Shown piece by piece: positions 23,756-35,510 of a stretch of DNA of 64,000 nucleotides. Position 1 is the first letter of the stretch; each line of letters begins with the position of its first letter. The translations under genes were made by a program, and so were the position numbers. The notes below the pieces were generated by a model. It was not told the DNA's origin. It searched no databases and saw nothing but the letters and a program-made list of their open reading frames with translations. The DNA comes from Sminthopsis crassicaudata. Taxonomy: Eukaryota. The stretch lies in contig NC_133618.1 of assembly GCF_048593235.1 (NCBI RefSeq), forward strand, positions 389,750,562 through 389,814,561, written 5' to 3'.

Positions 23756-24229
23756 TTGTTCGTCCTTTGCTCTCTTGAAGAGTACCATGACATCAGGGAG
23801 GTGATATGACATGCAAGTGAATTAGATTTAAATGAAGGAAGGAGGTGCAAGGTCACCTACCTCACTTTCCCTTCCACAGCCAACTGAGTCCAGTGGCCAG
23901 TTATATCAGAATGACTGTAGATGGCCCTGGATGAAGTGGAAACCTTGGCCTTCTTGAGCTAAGGGCTTTAACAGGTCTCATTTTGACTGAGATTGCACAC
24001 ATTCCATGATTAAGGTTAGATAGCAATTTTCAGATCTATAGTATATAAGATGGAAGACTGAATTGCAAGGCGAGAGGCTCATGTCCTTCAATAACAGGAG
24101 GCCAGTCTACAGGTGCTATTAAAGCTAGTGACTTTGAGGGAAAGGAAGAGAAAGGAAAAATACATTTGTATAGTGTCTACCATGTGCCAACTATTATGCT
24201 AAGTGCTTTTTCCAAATATTAAATCATTT
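23756..24229 (+). repeat. Right arm of ~460 bp inverted repeat
   Basis: For example ggaagactgaattgcaaggcgagaggctcatgtcc pairs with ggacatgaggctcttgccttgcagttcagtcttcc in the left arm. Confidence 0.8.
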
Positions 24230-24475
24230 GATCACATCAAACAAGTTATTTCTCTGTCTTTGAGCATCAATTTCTTTAACCCCATGGAGAACTTTCCTCT
24301 ACTACCTGTCTTTTCAGGGGCTCAGGACTCTCTTCCCTCTTCATAATCCAAAAAGAGTTTCAGAAAAGGCTTTACTATTAGTCATTTTCCCTTTAATATG
24401 AATAAAAGTAATGTGTTATGTCTGTGAATGGTATTTGTATTTTTAAAAAATAAGTTGTGGTAATCCCTTTTGTCT

Positions 24476-24644
24476 NNNNNNNNNNNNNNNNNNNNNNNNN
24501 NNNNNNNNNNNNNNNNNNNNNNNNNNNNNNNNNNNNNNNNNNNNNNNNNNNNNNNNNNNNNNNNNNNNNNNNNNNNNNNNNNNNNNNNNNNNNNNNNNNN
24601 NNNNNNNNNNNNNNNNNNNNNNNNNNNNNNNNNNNNNNNNNNNN
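24476..24644. other. Assembly gap (169 N)
   Basis: Run of N. Confidence 1.
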
Positions 24645-25090
24645 AATACATCAGGGAAAAAAAAGTGGTGTTTGTACTTTAAATCCTTTTAGTCATCATA
24701 AAATGGCAGACTTTGCCAGAAATTAGGAAGTGAAGGAGGGAGGGAAAAGATGCCTTTTCAGGTTCCTGAAGTTCCATTACAATAGACAAACCCATATTTT
24801 TATTATCATTTTTTAAAAAGTTTTGTTTGCCTTTTGTTTTATCTCAAACATTTTCCCTTATCCACCTGAAGGAACACCTCCCCTTCACAAAGAAATATTG
24901 TTAGAGAAAACCAGCCAACACAGGGACCATTTTTTGATGTAAAAGCCAGCACCTTTCATCTTGAGAGGACAAAGGTGTATTTCATAATTTTTCATATAAA
25001 GCCAGTGTTTCATATGAAGCATTATTATCTTTAATCTGGTTCAGTTGTCTCTTTACCATGTTTTTAGCTATTTAATTCCCCACATCCATT

Positions 25091-25124
<34 letters not shown>

Positions 25125-25350
25125 TAGAACAATATTTCATCAATTCATGTAGTTCAACTAACCTTTCTCATTATTCCTATAGGCAATGGTGTGTATCCCC
25201 TAGCCATAAAAAGGCAGGTTTCAAACTAAAAAAAAAATTGTGAGGTCAGATCTCATGGGGTGGAATGGAAAGATCTCAGGCTGACACAATCATAGGGAGA
25301 AAGGGTCCCAGGTCAGAGTTAATGTTCACTATCTGTCTATCTCCCTATAG

Positions 25351-25439
25351 CTCCCAGAATGGTGATGAAGGAGGCACCTGGCCCAACAATCAATTTGACA
25401 CAGAAATGCTTCAGGCAATGATCTTGGCTTCTGCCAATG
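25351..25439 (+). CDS. PCDHG: Pcdh-gamma constant exon 2 (89 bp; [29 protein letters not shown])
   Basis: Acceptor ctccctatag|, donor ATG|GTGAGT. Frame is consistent with the 59 bp exon. Confidence 0.98.
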
Positions 25440-26185
25440 GTGAGTTGTGTGCTGGCAGGGAAGGAGGGTGAGGAGAAGGGAAAAAAAACAAAATAAAATG
25501 GGAGGGAGTGATGTAGTGATGACCACAGAATGATGTCTTTATATGGAAATTAGGACCTTGGGGATCTGGGGTCTCATAACCAAATCCCAAGATGGGAGGC
25601 AATGTAGAACAGTAGACTTGGTATCAAGAAGACCTTGGTTTAAAACAATTATGAATTGTGTGATTCTCAACCTTTGTTTGTGTCAGTTTTCTCATCTATA
25701 AAACAAGAGGTAGGATCTAAGGGTCACTAAGGTCTCTTCTATCTCTCAATCCTATTGTCTATGATCTATACCTGAGTTGTTCAGGTTACAGATACATGAT
25801 GTGTTGAGAACACTTGAGAGAGACAGGAGGTGGAGAGGGAAAAGGGGAGGGGGGAGTGGAAAGGAACTTCTGGAGGCTTTATATATAGAAAATGAGATTG
25901 GTAATCATGCCATGCCTTGGTTCCATGTCTGATATCCTGGATTCAGAATGTTCCATGCCTCACTCCTATAGGATAGGAAGAGGGCCATCACTGCTCTTTC
26001 AAACAGCTTTCTAAGGATGTGCTGATAAATGCTTAACATTTGGCTTTGGGAAAGGGAGACATTTTAAAGTTTAATCTGTATTACTAACATTTTCTTTCTT
26101 TAAAAGATAAAGCCATCAACAAAACATTTCACCAATTCATGATTTGTAATATTTGCCAATTGCCCGGTGTAAATGCTCATGGGCA

Positions 26186-26412
26186 GGTAGATAGAATACC
26201 TGGGCTACAATCAGGAAGATTCATTTTGGTGAGTTCAAATCTGGGCTCAGGTACTTCATAGTTGTGTGACCCTGGGCAAGTCACTTCATCCTATTTACCT
26301 TACTTCTTTATCTTTAAAATGAGCTGGAGAAGGAAGCACAAACTACACTGATATCTTTGCCAAGAAAACCCCAAATTATTAGAATTAGACATGACTGAAA
26401 ATGACTAAACAA
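26186..26412 (+). mobile_element. MAR1-type marsupial SINE
   Basis: CORE segment followed by the RTE/BovB-like tail gagctggagaagga...atctttgccaagaaaaccccaaa...gacatgactgaa. Confidence 0.7.
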
Positions 26413-28039
26413 AATGCTCATAATAAAAATTTAACAAAACTCTCAGGAGACCAAAATGTTTGAGCTGGCTTTAGGAAACTCCTGGATTGATCCTTTCTAA
26501 TCTAAATAAAGTTCAGTGGGATTCCATCTATCAGTAAGAGAAGCTGGTTCCTAGAGAAGAGGATTATGACAAAGATCATAGAATTTAGAGCTGGAAAAGA
26601 ATTTAAAGATTATCTCTAGTCCAACCCCTTATGCTTATGTTGGGTGTGAAGGGTTTTTGCAAACCCCAAAGTGCTATATAAATGCCAGTTATTAATATTA
26701 TAGATGAGGAAACTGAGAGCCATAGAACTGTCTAATTCCAGACATTTAATATTTGACAGAGCTAAAATTTGAATCAAAGTCCATTAACAGCAAATCTAGT
26801 GCCCTTTTCATTATACCTCAATGCTTCAGGGCTTGCTGTAGGCAAGAAAGCTGCCAGATGTGTCCAAGGTGGAGGATCATTCTGGTTAAGGAGATTGAGG
26901 ATGTGGCTGGAATTAAGAGAGGTATGCAGGTCATGGGCCAAGTTGGAACCTCTGTGGTCAAGTATATATAGCTGCTATGGTTAAAGACTTCATGGCAGAA
27001 AGCATCCTGTTCACTTTTAATGGAGATTTAAAAACCAGAGATGGAATTGGCATTCATGAGCACAAACACTCTCCCTCAGTGTCCCATTGGGATAGGGGTC
27101 AGGGCTAAATTCAGAACTGGGGCCCAGTGCCAGGGAAACTCCTGTCTCCTGTCAGGGCCCTATAACCTTGCAGCCTCCCAGGGCCATGACCCATGTGAAT
27201 TTAGAGCTCTTGGGAGTGAGTGAAGGGTGTGCTGGGTTAGGGATGGCAGGCAGTGAAGAGGTCAGCTCTTACTCTAGTGCCCATTTTCCAGAGACTCAGA
27301 GCCTCAGAAGCTCTGCTGAAGGCCAAGCTCACAGAGCTGAGGAGAAGGAGCAGGAGTTTACATCGTGGAGTTTTTAAAATAAACAGAAGGGTTAGTGAGA
27401 GTGGAAGGAGGGAGCTAGTCAGGAGGCTGTGGTTTACAGCTCACACTGTCCTGACCCAGAACCTCTAGACAGCCTGTTGAATGTCCCAAGCTCAGCATAG
27501 CTGGACTGAAGGGAAGAGCAGGTCCCAGTCTGGGGTCTGGATTTTGGGGAAATAGACTGGAGTCCATGAGGGACGGAGGGGAAAAAAAAGCTCTACCTTC
27601 CTACACTGTTTCCCTTTCCCCCCAGTCCTTCTTCCCCATACATTGTTAAGAATTGATGAATATTGAGTTACCAAGGATCAATTCCAACTGCCCTCATTTG
27701 ATTGAAGAAACAGCAGTGAAATGGACTTGCCCAGAGTTGTCAGAGTCAGATTCAAATCCAGGACTTTTAATTAAAATGCAGAGTTCTCTCTATTATTCTT
27801 TGTCTCAGTTTCCCCTTTTATAAAGGAAGGCTACTACTCCTTGTCCACAGTGACCTTTCTGGGAGATAAGGAGAGAGGCCACACCAGAAAATTGTGAAGA
27901 TTTAGATTTCCAAAGTAGGGAAGGTTGTCATCACACAAACAACCCTTACTCATATCCTGTCTTCTGTCTAACCACTAATCTGTCTCTGTGAGTTTTCTCT
28001 GGCTCTCCGGCTTTCACTGTCTGAGTATTTGTCTCTGTT

Positions 28040-28394
28040 NNNNNNNNNNNNNNNNNNNNNNNNNNNNNNNNNNNNNNNNNNNNNNNNNNNNNNNNNNNNN
28101 NNNNNNNNNNNNNNNNNNNNNNNNNNNNNNNNNNNNNNNNNNNNNNNNNNNNNNNNNNNNNNNNNNNNNNNNNNNNNNNNNNNNNNNNNNNNNNNNNNNN
28201 NNNNNNNNNNNNNNNNNNNNNNNNNNNNNNNNNNNNNNNNNNNNNNNNNNNNNNNNNNNNNNNNNNNNNNNNNNNNNNNNNNNNNNNNNNNNNNNNNNNN
28301 NNNNNNNNNNNNNNNNNNNNNNNNNNNNNNNNNNNNNNNNNNNNNNNNNNNNNNNNNNNNNNNNNNNNNNNNNNNNNNNNNNNNNNNNNNNNNN
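28040..28394. other. Assembly gap (355 N)
   Basis: Run of N. Confidence 1.
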
Positions 28395-29639
28395 GAGAAA
28401 ATGTGTTTGTCGTGTCTTTTTTGCTGGCTTCTTCTTCATAAATCACTCTGGAGACTTGGCCGCTCAGAGAAGAAAAGCTCAGTTTTCCGTGTGTTGCCAA
28501 ACGCTCATCCTCCCCCAGCTCCTTTACCCTCCTCTCCCCCTCCCCCAACACACACACATTCCAGGGCTGGAAAGAGGCTACTGGAGGGAGGTAGGAGGAG
28601 TGGAGCTAGAGGCCGGGCTAGGCTCCCAGGCTGAGCTAATTAGGAAAAACCAAGAAATGTTAGAATGAAAGGAAAAGAGGGAAGGGGTTGGAAGGAAGAC
28701 AGAGGGGGCCATCTTAAGGAAAGAAAGAGTGCAACTAGCTTTTCCCAGGTACCTCTTTTCCTTTCTTGAGAAGAATTCTAGTCCTGGGGGGCAAAACTGG
28801 ATTGATAAGCCTAAAAAGGTTTTTGAAATCTGAGGCTCAGAGAATAATAAACAAAAGCTAAAGAGAAAAAAGGGCGAGGAATGTCTTCATTCCCCTCCTC
28901 ATTTGGAGCAGGTTTACTCTGGAAATCTCTCTTCTTTATTTCCCAATCCCTGGTCGCTGTCCCAAGATTACTCAACCTCTCCAGCCTTAGTCATAATTCT
29001 TATCCCTTTTCATATTCAGGAGAGGAGGAGGTTGGTAAATGAGGCTCCCCTTCGTCACCCTCCCCTGCTTTTGGCCAATCCTTTCTGTTTGTTTAATCTT
29101 CACAGCTCTGGGAGATTCAGAATAATTGGGGGAGTAAACAGGAAGGATGGGAGAGTTAGGGCCTAGGTCTGGTTACCCATCATTTCATAATCTCCTAAAG
29201 GGAGATGTCGGTATTAAGAAAAGAAGGAAATAAGCATTTATAGAACACCTACTATGTGCTATACACTTTTTACAAACATTTTCTCGTTTGATCCCCACAG
29301 CTTTGGGAGTTAGGTGCTATATACTGTCCCCCTTTTACAGCTGAGGAAACTGAGGCGGGCGGAGATGGCGCAGGAAGTAAGGACCCAAGGGCAGATCTGG
29401 GTTGATATCTTCAGACTCCAGGCCCGGGGTTCTGTACACATCACCATCTAGCAGCAGATAACCGCAGATTGGCTCCAGCTCAGACACAGACACAGCTATA
29501 GGTCTTTCCTACTGATCTCTTGCGGCCCAGTGGCTTTTGCCGCAGAACTGTGGACCACAGAGTGGGAGTGGGGCGGAACTCAGCTGGGAGGTTCCTGGCC
29601 CCTCGATCACATTTCTGACGTTCTCTCTTCTCTCTTCAG

Positions 29640-29866
29640 AAGCTGCAGACGGAAGTTCGACCCTGGGCGGGGGTGCGGGCACCATGGGGCTGAGTGCCCG
29701 CTATGGGCCGCAGTTCACCCTGCAGCACGTGCCTGACTATAGGCAGAACGTGTACATCCCGGGCAGCACCGCCACCTTGGCCAACGCTGCTGGGAAGAGA
29801 GACGGCAAGGCCCCCGCGGGTGGCAATGGAAACAAGAAGAAATCTGGCAAGAAGGAGAAGAAGTAG
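29640..29866 (+). CDS. PCDHG: Pcdh-gamma constant exon 3, coding part ([42 protein letters not shown]...[12 protein letters not shown])
   Basis: Acceptor tctcttcag|, TAG at 29864-29866. 59+89+227 = 375 nt = 124 aa plus stop, the canonical constant domain length. Confidence 0.98.
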
Positions 29867-31625
29867 GGTCAGCATTAGGTCCCAAGCACAGGGCCACAGG
29901 GCAACCCCCCCTCCACCAATCCGGGCCTCCCTCCAGTTCCCTGAACCTTCAGGCTGCTGGTGGGAGACGCGGGGACCCTCCCTCTTGGGAAACACAAATA
30001 AGTGCCCTGTGAATACCCCCTTCTGTGCCTCCAGAGGGATTGAATATGCAAAGGGGGCACTGCCAGAAGTCCCCAAAACAAGTGCTGTGCCCATGGGCAC
30101 AGTGCAGATATTCACATATAACCCCCTCCTTTTCTCTATCCTTAGCTTAGAAGCCCCAGTTACATTTTGAATTCCCATACCCCCACCCCCATCACGAGAC
30201 TGAGCTTGTCTCACCTGTGGAGAGCGCGGAAGGAAGCGCACTCATCTCTGACTCCCACTTTCCAAACCAACTTCTAATATTGTAACTTCTCTACTCCTTC
30301 TTGCCCCTCCCCCTCGCCTCCCTCCAGTGCCTGAAGTCACGAATAGCTCACAGGTGCTGGGGACAAAAGTGCTCATCCCGCCTGATGCTGGCGCGGACTG
30401 GACTGGGGGAACTTTCCTACCCTCCGCCTCTGCCCGAGGCCCCGGAAATGGGGACCAGGGTTGGGTTCCGGGACCACTTCTTTTTAGAGTTCATCTCCTA
30501 CACTTTCTCCGCCCCCTCAGCAGAAGAATCCATTGCATGTTGGGAAATAGCATGGCATGGTGGGATGAGTGGGGAGGGTGTGGGGAGGGGGCCTTTCCAT
30601 TAGACAGGTCTTTGGTCAGGGTCTTTAAGAGGAGGTGGTGGGCTCTCCCGCCACCAGTTACTGGCCGGGCTCCCTGAACCAATCCAGCCCCGTATTCTTT
30701 GTCATGGAGCCACGCCCTCAGTGGACACGCGTGCTCCAGGTGGGGCCTCGGGCTGCGGCCTAGGGGATTTAAAAGGAACCAAATGGCATCAAAATGAGAT
30801 GGAGCTCCTGGGCTCGGCACAAATGTGCTCGGGGACAGGTCTGTCACGTTTAAGTGGGGCCGGGGGCAGTAATTCAGGCTAGTCACAGAACTGAGAGACG
30901 ATCTCCAGGCCAATGCCGCCATGTCCATGCCCTCATCATTTGGTAGGCTCAGTGCAGGCCGGTTCTAGGTCCTCTGGGTCATACAGAAGCGCTCCCCCCT
31001 CAGTTTATGCGTGGTGGTCCGAAACACATCGCGCGCTCTGTCCCCAACATTAGGAGAAAGACCCGGGAGCAGAGACAGGTGGTCGGGGAGGGAGGAGGAG
31101 CTCTCCTTTGGCTCCCCCTTCACAGTCCGTATTCCCTCGCCCTCTCAGGTGCCATTGATTCTACTTTGCCATCCCTACCCCTTCCATAACTTCCCGGGTC
31201 CCGGGGGCTCCTTCCCACTGCTCAGACTCCCGCCTCCATTCTTCCTGACCTCGGCCCGCCTGGGGCCGTACTAGTCCTGTTTACACCGAGGAGACCCCAC
31301 CCCCATTCCGCCACTCTTTATGTAGTGACTAGAGACCCCGACCGAAATCCTCGAGCTGGTGTAGAGTAGCCCGTGTGTAGCTAGTGCCGTGTGCTTGCTT
31401 GTGTGATGGCGGGCGGCCCGCGGCTCCCGCCGCGTCCCGTGCTGTGCTTAACGCCGTGTCTGTGTGCGAGCCCAGTCTCGCTTTCCCAGTGCTGACCCCC
31501 GTGCCCCTTCTATAGAAGCTTCTACCTAATAGCCACGTAGCGCCTCCCCCACACGCAAGTTTTATACTCTAATATTTATATAGCTTTTTTCTTTGGGAAA
31601 ACAATAAAACGGTTTCTTCTGAGCG
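29867..31625 (+). other. PCDHG: Pcdh-gamma common 3'UTR (end approximate)
   Basis: Lies between the stop and the AATAAA at 31603; GC-rich. Confidence 0.7.
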
Positions 31626-32350
31626 GCGTGGTCCGTGTGTCTCGGGGGCCTGAGGGGGCGGGCAGGCCCGGGGACCCCCGCCGGGGGGGGGGCTGTGTGA
31701 GTAACTGGGCGCGGCTGGCTATCGTGCACCTCGGTGTGCGGTGGAGGCGCGTGTGGCTGGGTGTGGCGGCGTGAGTGTGTGCAGGCACGTGGTACGGAGG
31801 GCGTCTCTGGGGAGTGGGACTGTGCGGTGCTGTACGTGCAGCTACATCTCCTAACACCAGTATCCAGGCAAAAGAAGAGGCAGGGGGGAGGGGACTGGAG
31901 CTGGCTGGCCAGGAGCCGCGAGCGTTCAGAGCTGGGAAGCCAACTGGGCGGGGGAGGGGAAAGAGGGAATCGAGAGGGGAGGTGGTGTTTCCTCAGCCCC
32001 CTCCTCTCTCCGCTAAAAATAATCCCTGGCTCTAGCATGGCTGCTTCCCGAGAGCAGGCGGAGTCTTTCACATCGGGGGTTGCCACAGCATTTGAGGGGC
32101 TGCGAGGCCAGAGGACGCTGAGCTAGCCCCTCCTCCTGCCCCGGGGACAGGCAGCCCTTACCGCAGTTTCCCGAAGTGCAGATTCCACCCCGCCCCCACA
32201 CTTTCCCTCTGTAACTCTGCAGTCTCCCTTACAGCAGTCCGAGGGTCCCCCTGCCCAGGCCCGATAGTCCTGGAGCATCCGCAGGAAATGTACATCACCC
32301 AGACACAGACAGCTAGCTCTGTGCTAGCGCCCCCCCGCCCCCGGCTTCTG
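31380..32350. promoter_or_regulatory. CpG-island-like segment spanning the Pcdh-gamma 3' end; probable downstream regulatory region
   Basis: High GC and CpG density in an otherwise AT-rich, CpG-depleted window. Confidence 0.6.
31603..31608 (+). terminator. Pcdh-gamma polyadenylation signal AATAAA
   Basis: Preceded by a U-rich upstream element and followed by GT-rich sequence (gtggtccgtgtgtct). Confidence 0.8.
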
Positions 32351-32647
32351 CCTCCTGTTTTTTTCCATTCACTCTCTCTCTCCCTTTTCTACCAATCTGT
32401 TTCTCCCCCTCCCTCCCTCCTTCCCCCTTTCTCTCCAATCTCCCCGTAGCAACATTTAGATTCCGAAGGTTGTTGCTGCCTGAGATGCGGCAAAAACCCT
32501 GGGAGGAGGGGACGTGGGGGGAGGGGAAGCGGAGACAAACGCAGTCATAGGAGGGAAAGCTGGGCTACCCCAGAGCTGGGGGGGATGCTCCCCCCTTTCA
32601 GCATTTAGCTCTCAGTCCCATCTCACCCTTCCCAGCACCCGAAGTGC

Positions 32648-32661
32648 GTTGTCATGGAAAC
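32648..32661. promoter_or_regulatory. RFX X-box motif
   Basis: GTTGTCATGGAAAC matches GTTNCCATGGNAAC with one mismatch. Confidence 0.45.
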
Positions 32662-34329
32662 CCAACCTTCTCACTGAGTTTCTGGGAGCAACTGCCTAGA
32701 GTGGGAGGAGTATATAACTAGGATGGGAGCCTGGATTTGGCTCCTGACAGCTGGGCAAGAGATGAAGGCGGCCCTGCGGGTTCTGGACGCCTGGGTTCTA
32801 TTCCTGGCAGGGTTGTAGACTGAATGGATGCGTGGGCAGCTGTGGTCCCCAGATTGGTATGTGTGCACAAAGGCATAAAAAGCCCTTGGGGTCGAGGAGG
32901 GAGAACGAGGGAGCAGCCCCTCCCTCTGCCAGCTACATTCCACTTCACAGATCAAGGCCCTGCCTTGCCCACAGCCCCCTCACCTCCTGTCATGATGGGG
33001 CTGTAAACATCCAGACTCTAGGGCTATTTAAAGGGCTTTATTTCTAGCCCCAGCACCACACTGTCGCGGCTGTCCTGGCCCCAGGCTAGACAGAGGTCTG
33101 AGAACTATGTATATACTATCACTTCCTAGCCTAGAATTTTTTGTGTTTCTCACGTTTCACTTATGGCAGGGAGTTTCCTGCGCTTTTATCTGAAAACCCC
33201 AGACAAAGGCTTCTGGGGACAGCTGTGGTTCAAGTTTCTAGTGGGCTAATGACCAAAAGGTGGGGAAAGGAACAAAGCAAGGGTATTGTACCACTGATTC
33301 ACTTGCCCCTAAGTCCACAGCACGATTCTCCAGATTGTATAGCTAAAACCATGGCATCCTTGATCCCTTCTCAGCATTTGGTACTGTTGAGCACCCCCTC
33401 CTGGATACTCACCGGGTTGCTGTAACACTGTTCTAGCATAGTTCTTATCTTTTCCATTTTCTCTTCAGTTTTGTTACCTGTATTCTGTTCCTTAGACATA
33501 AGACATATCCCATTGCTTGGTTCTGGTATCTCCCCTCTCTATTTTGTCTTTTAGAACTTATGGATTTAATGATCATCTCTATGAAGATAAGTACCAGATC
33601 TACAAACCCCGCCTTCATCTCTTCCAAGCTTATCACCCATTTTTAATTGCAACTCTACCTCCATGTTCCACAAGCATCTCACATTCAATATGTCCAAAAC
33701 AGTCCTTGCCTTAACTCCTAAACCTCTATTTGCTTACTTCAGTATCTTAAAAGCTACCCAGGTTCACAAAATAAAAATCATCCTGGACTCATTCTCTCTC
33801 TATATCTGCCCCCCTCCCATATTCAATAATTTGTCAAGTCACAAATTTCAAGATGTCACATCTTTTGCGTCTGTTCTCTTCTCTACCCATACTAAAACTA
33901 CCCTAATTCTCTTTGTACTATTGCAAAAAAAAAAAAATGTGTCTCCCTGCTTCAAATATCCCCCATTCCAAACCATGTTCCACCTAGTTGCCAAATTGAT
34001 ATTCCTAAAGCACAACTCTGATCATGTTATTTCTATGCACATAATGGTCCACATGATGAAACACAAATTATTGTTCATTATTTCTTTGGAAATCTGTAAA
34101 CACTTCATGATCTGATTTCATTCTACTTTTCCAAGCTGATTACTTCCTGACACCCTCATATACCCCACACCACAATCAAATCAGTCTCTTTGCACAGGCA
34201 TGCCCCTATACCTAGAATTGCTCTCTTTACCTCTACTTTTTGGAAGACTTTTCAAGTTTCAGTCCAAGTCATCTTCTTTTAAAATTACTCCAGTTAAATT
34301 AGAAAGGTTTTGAACAAAACCAATGCAAG

Positions 34330-35510
34330 CAAGATGCTGAGGGAGACCTTCATAGGAAGTGTCTCTAATAAAGGCCTCATTTCTCAAATATATAGAGAAT
34401 TGAGTCAAATTTGTAATATGTCATTCTCTATTTGATATTCAAAGGATATGAACAGGTAGGCTTTAGATGAAATCAAAACTCTCTATGGTCATATGAAAGA
34501 ATGCTCTAAATAACTTGATTAGAGAAATTTAAAACAATTCTGAGGTATCACCTCATACCTATCAGATTAGTTAATATCACAGAAAAGGAAAATAAATTAT
34601 GGCAAAGATGTGGGAAAATTGGGACACTAATGCCCTGTTGGAGGATTTGTTAACTAATCCAGCCATTCTGAAAAGCTATTTGGAACTATGCTGAAAGGGT
34701 TATAAAACTGTGTATATCTTTACCCAAAAATATTATTACTAAGTCTTCATTCCAGATATTTTAAAAAGGGGAGGGTGCAAAGTGGAAGGACTTATTTGTA
34801 CAAAACATTTTTTCGCAATTCTTTTTGTGCTGGTAAAGAATTAGAAATTCAGGGGATGGCTGGGAAATAGCAGAACAAGTGTGGGTTTATGATTGCAATG
34901 GAATACTATTGGGCTAAAAGAAATGACAGCAGGATGATTTCAGAAAAAAATCTGGATTCACATGAACTGATGCAAAATGAACAAATTCAGAACACTGTCT
35001 ATTATAACAGCAATATTGATCAATGTAACAGCAATAATGATCATTGGTGATGATCATTGTTGTTCTCAGCAATACAATGATCCAAGACAATTCCAAAGGA
35101 CTCATGATGCAAAATAGTATCTGCTTCTAGAGAAATAACTGATGGAGTTTGAATGCAGATCAAAGCATACTATTTTTCACTTATTTCAAGTTTTTATTGG
35201 GGGGTGGAATGGGGTTTGTTCTGTTTTCCTTCACAATATGACTAATATTGAAATGTTTTGCATGATAGCACATTTTATCAAACTGCTTATTGTTTATATC
35301 ATATCAAACTTTCAGGGAGGAGAAAGGAAAGGGAGAGAATTTGAAACAATTGAAAAAAATGATTGTTAGCAATTTTGGATTTTTACTATATTGGAGGGAA
35401 AAAAAGAGAATTTGGAATTCAAAGTCTTGCAGGAATGAATGCTAAAAACTATCCTTATATATCATCGGAAAAATAAAATACTACTAAATTCAGAAAAAAT
35501 AAATGTTAAA
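34330..35510 (+). mobile_element. Old LINE-1 3' fragment (ORF2 end plus 3'UTR)
   Basis: aaaggcctcatttctcaaatatatagagaattg...gaggtatcacctcatacctatcagatt...gcaatggaatactatt are typical degraded L1 ORF2 C-terminal sequences. Confidence 0.8.

Noticed and set aside
29441-29455. CTCF-like caccatctagcagc before constant exon 3
   Set aside because: Several mismatches at high-information positions.
29636-32201. 60-200 aa ORFs in the 3'UTR and CpG island
   Set aside because: Low-complexity P/G/R-rich products expected from high GC; no codon periodicity or homology noticed.
32322-32345. GGGGGCGCTA CTCF-like tail on the minus strand
   Set aside because: The 5' half of the core (CCANNAG) is missing; more like an Sp/KLF G-run.
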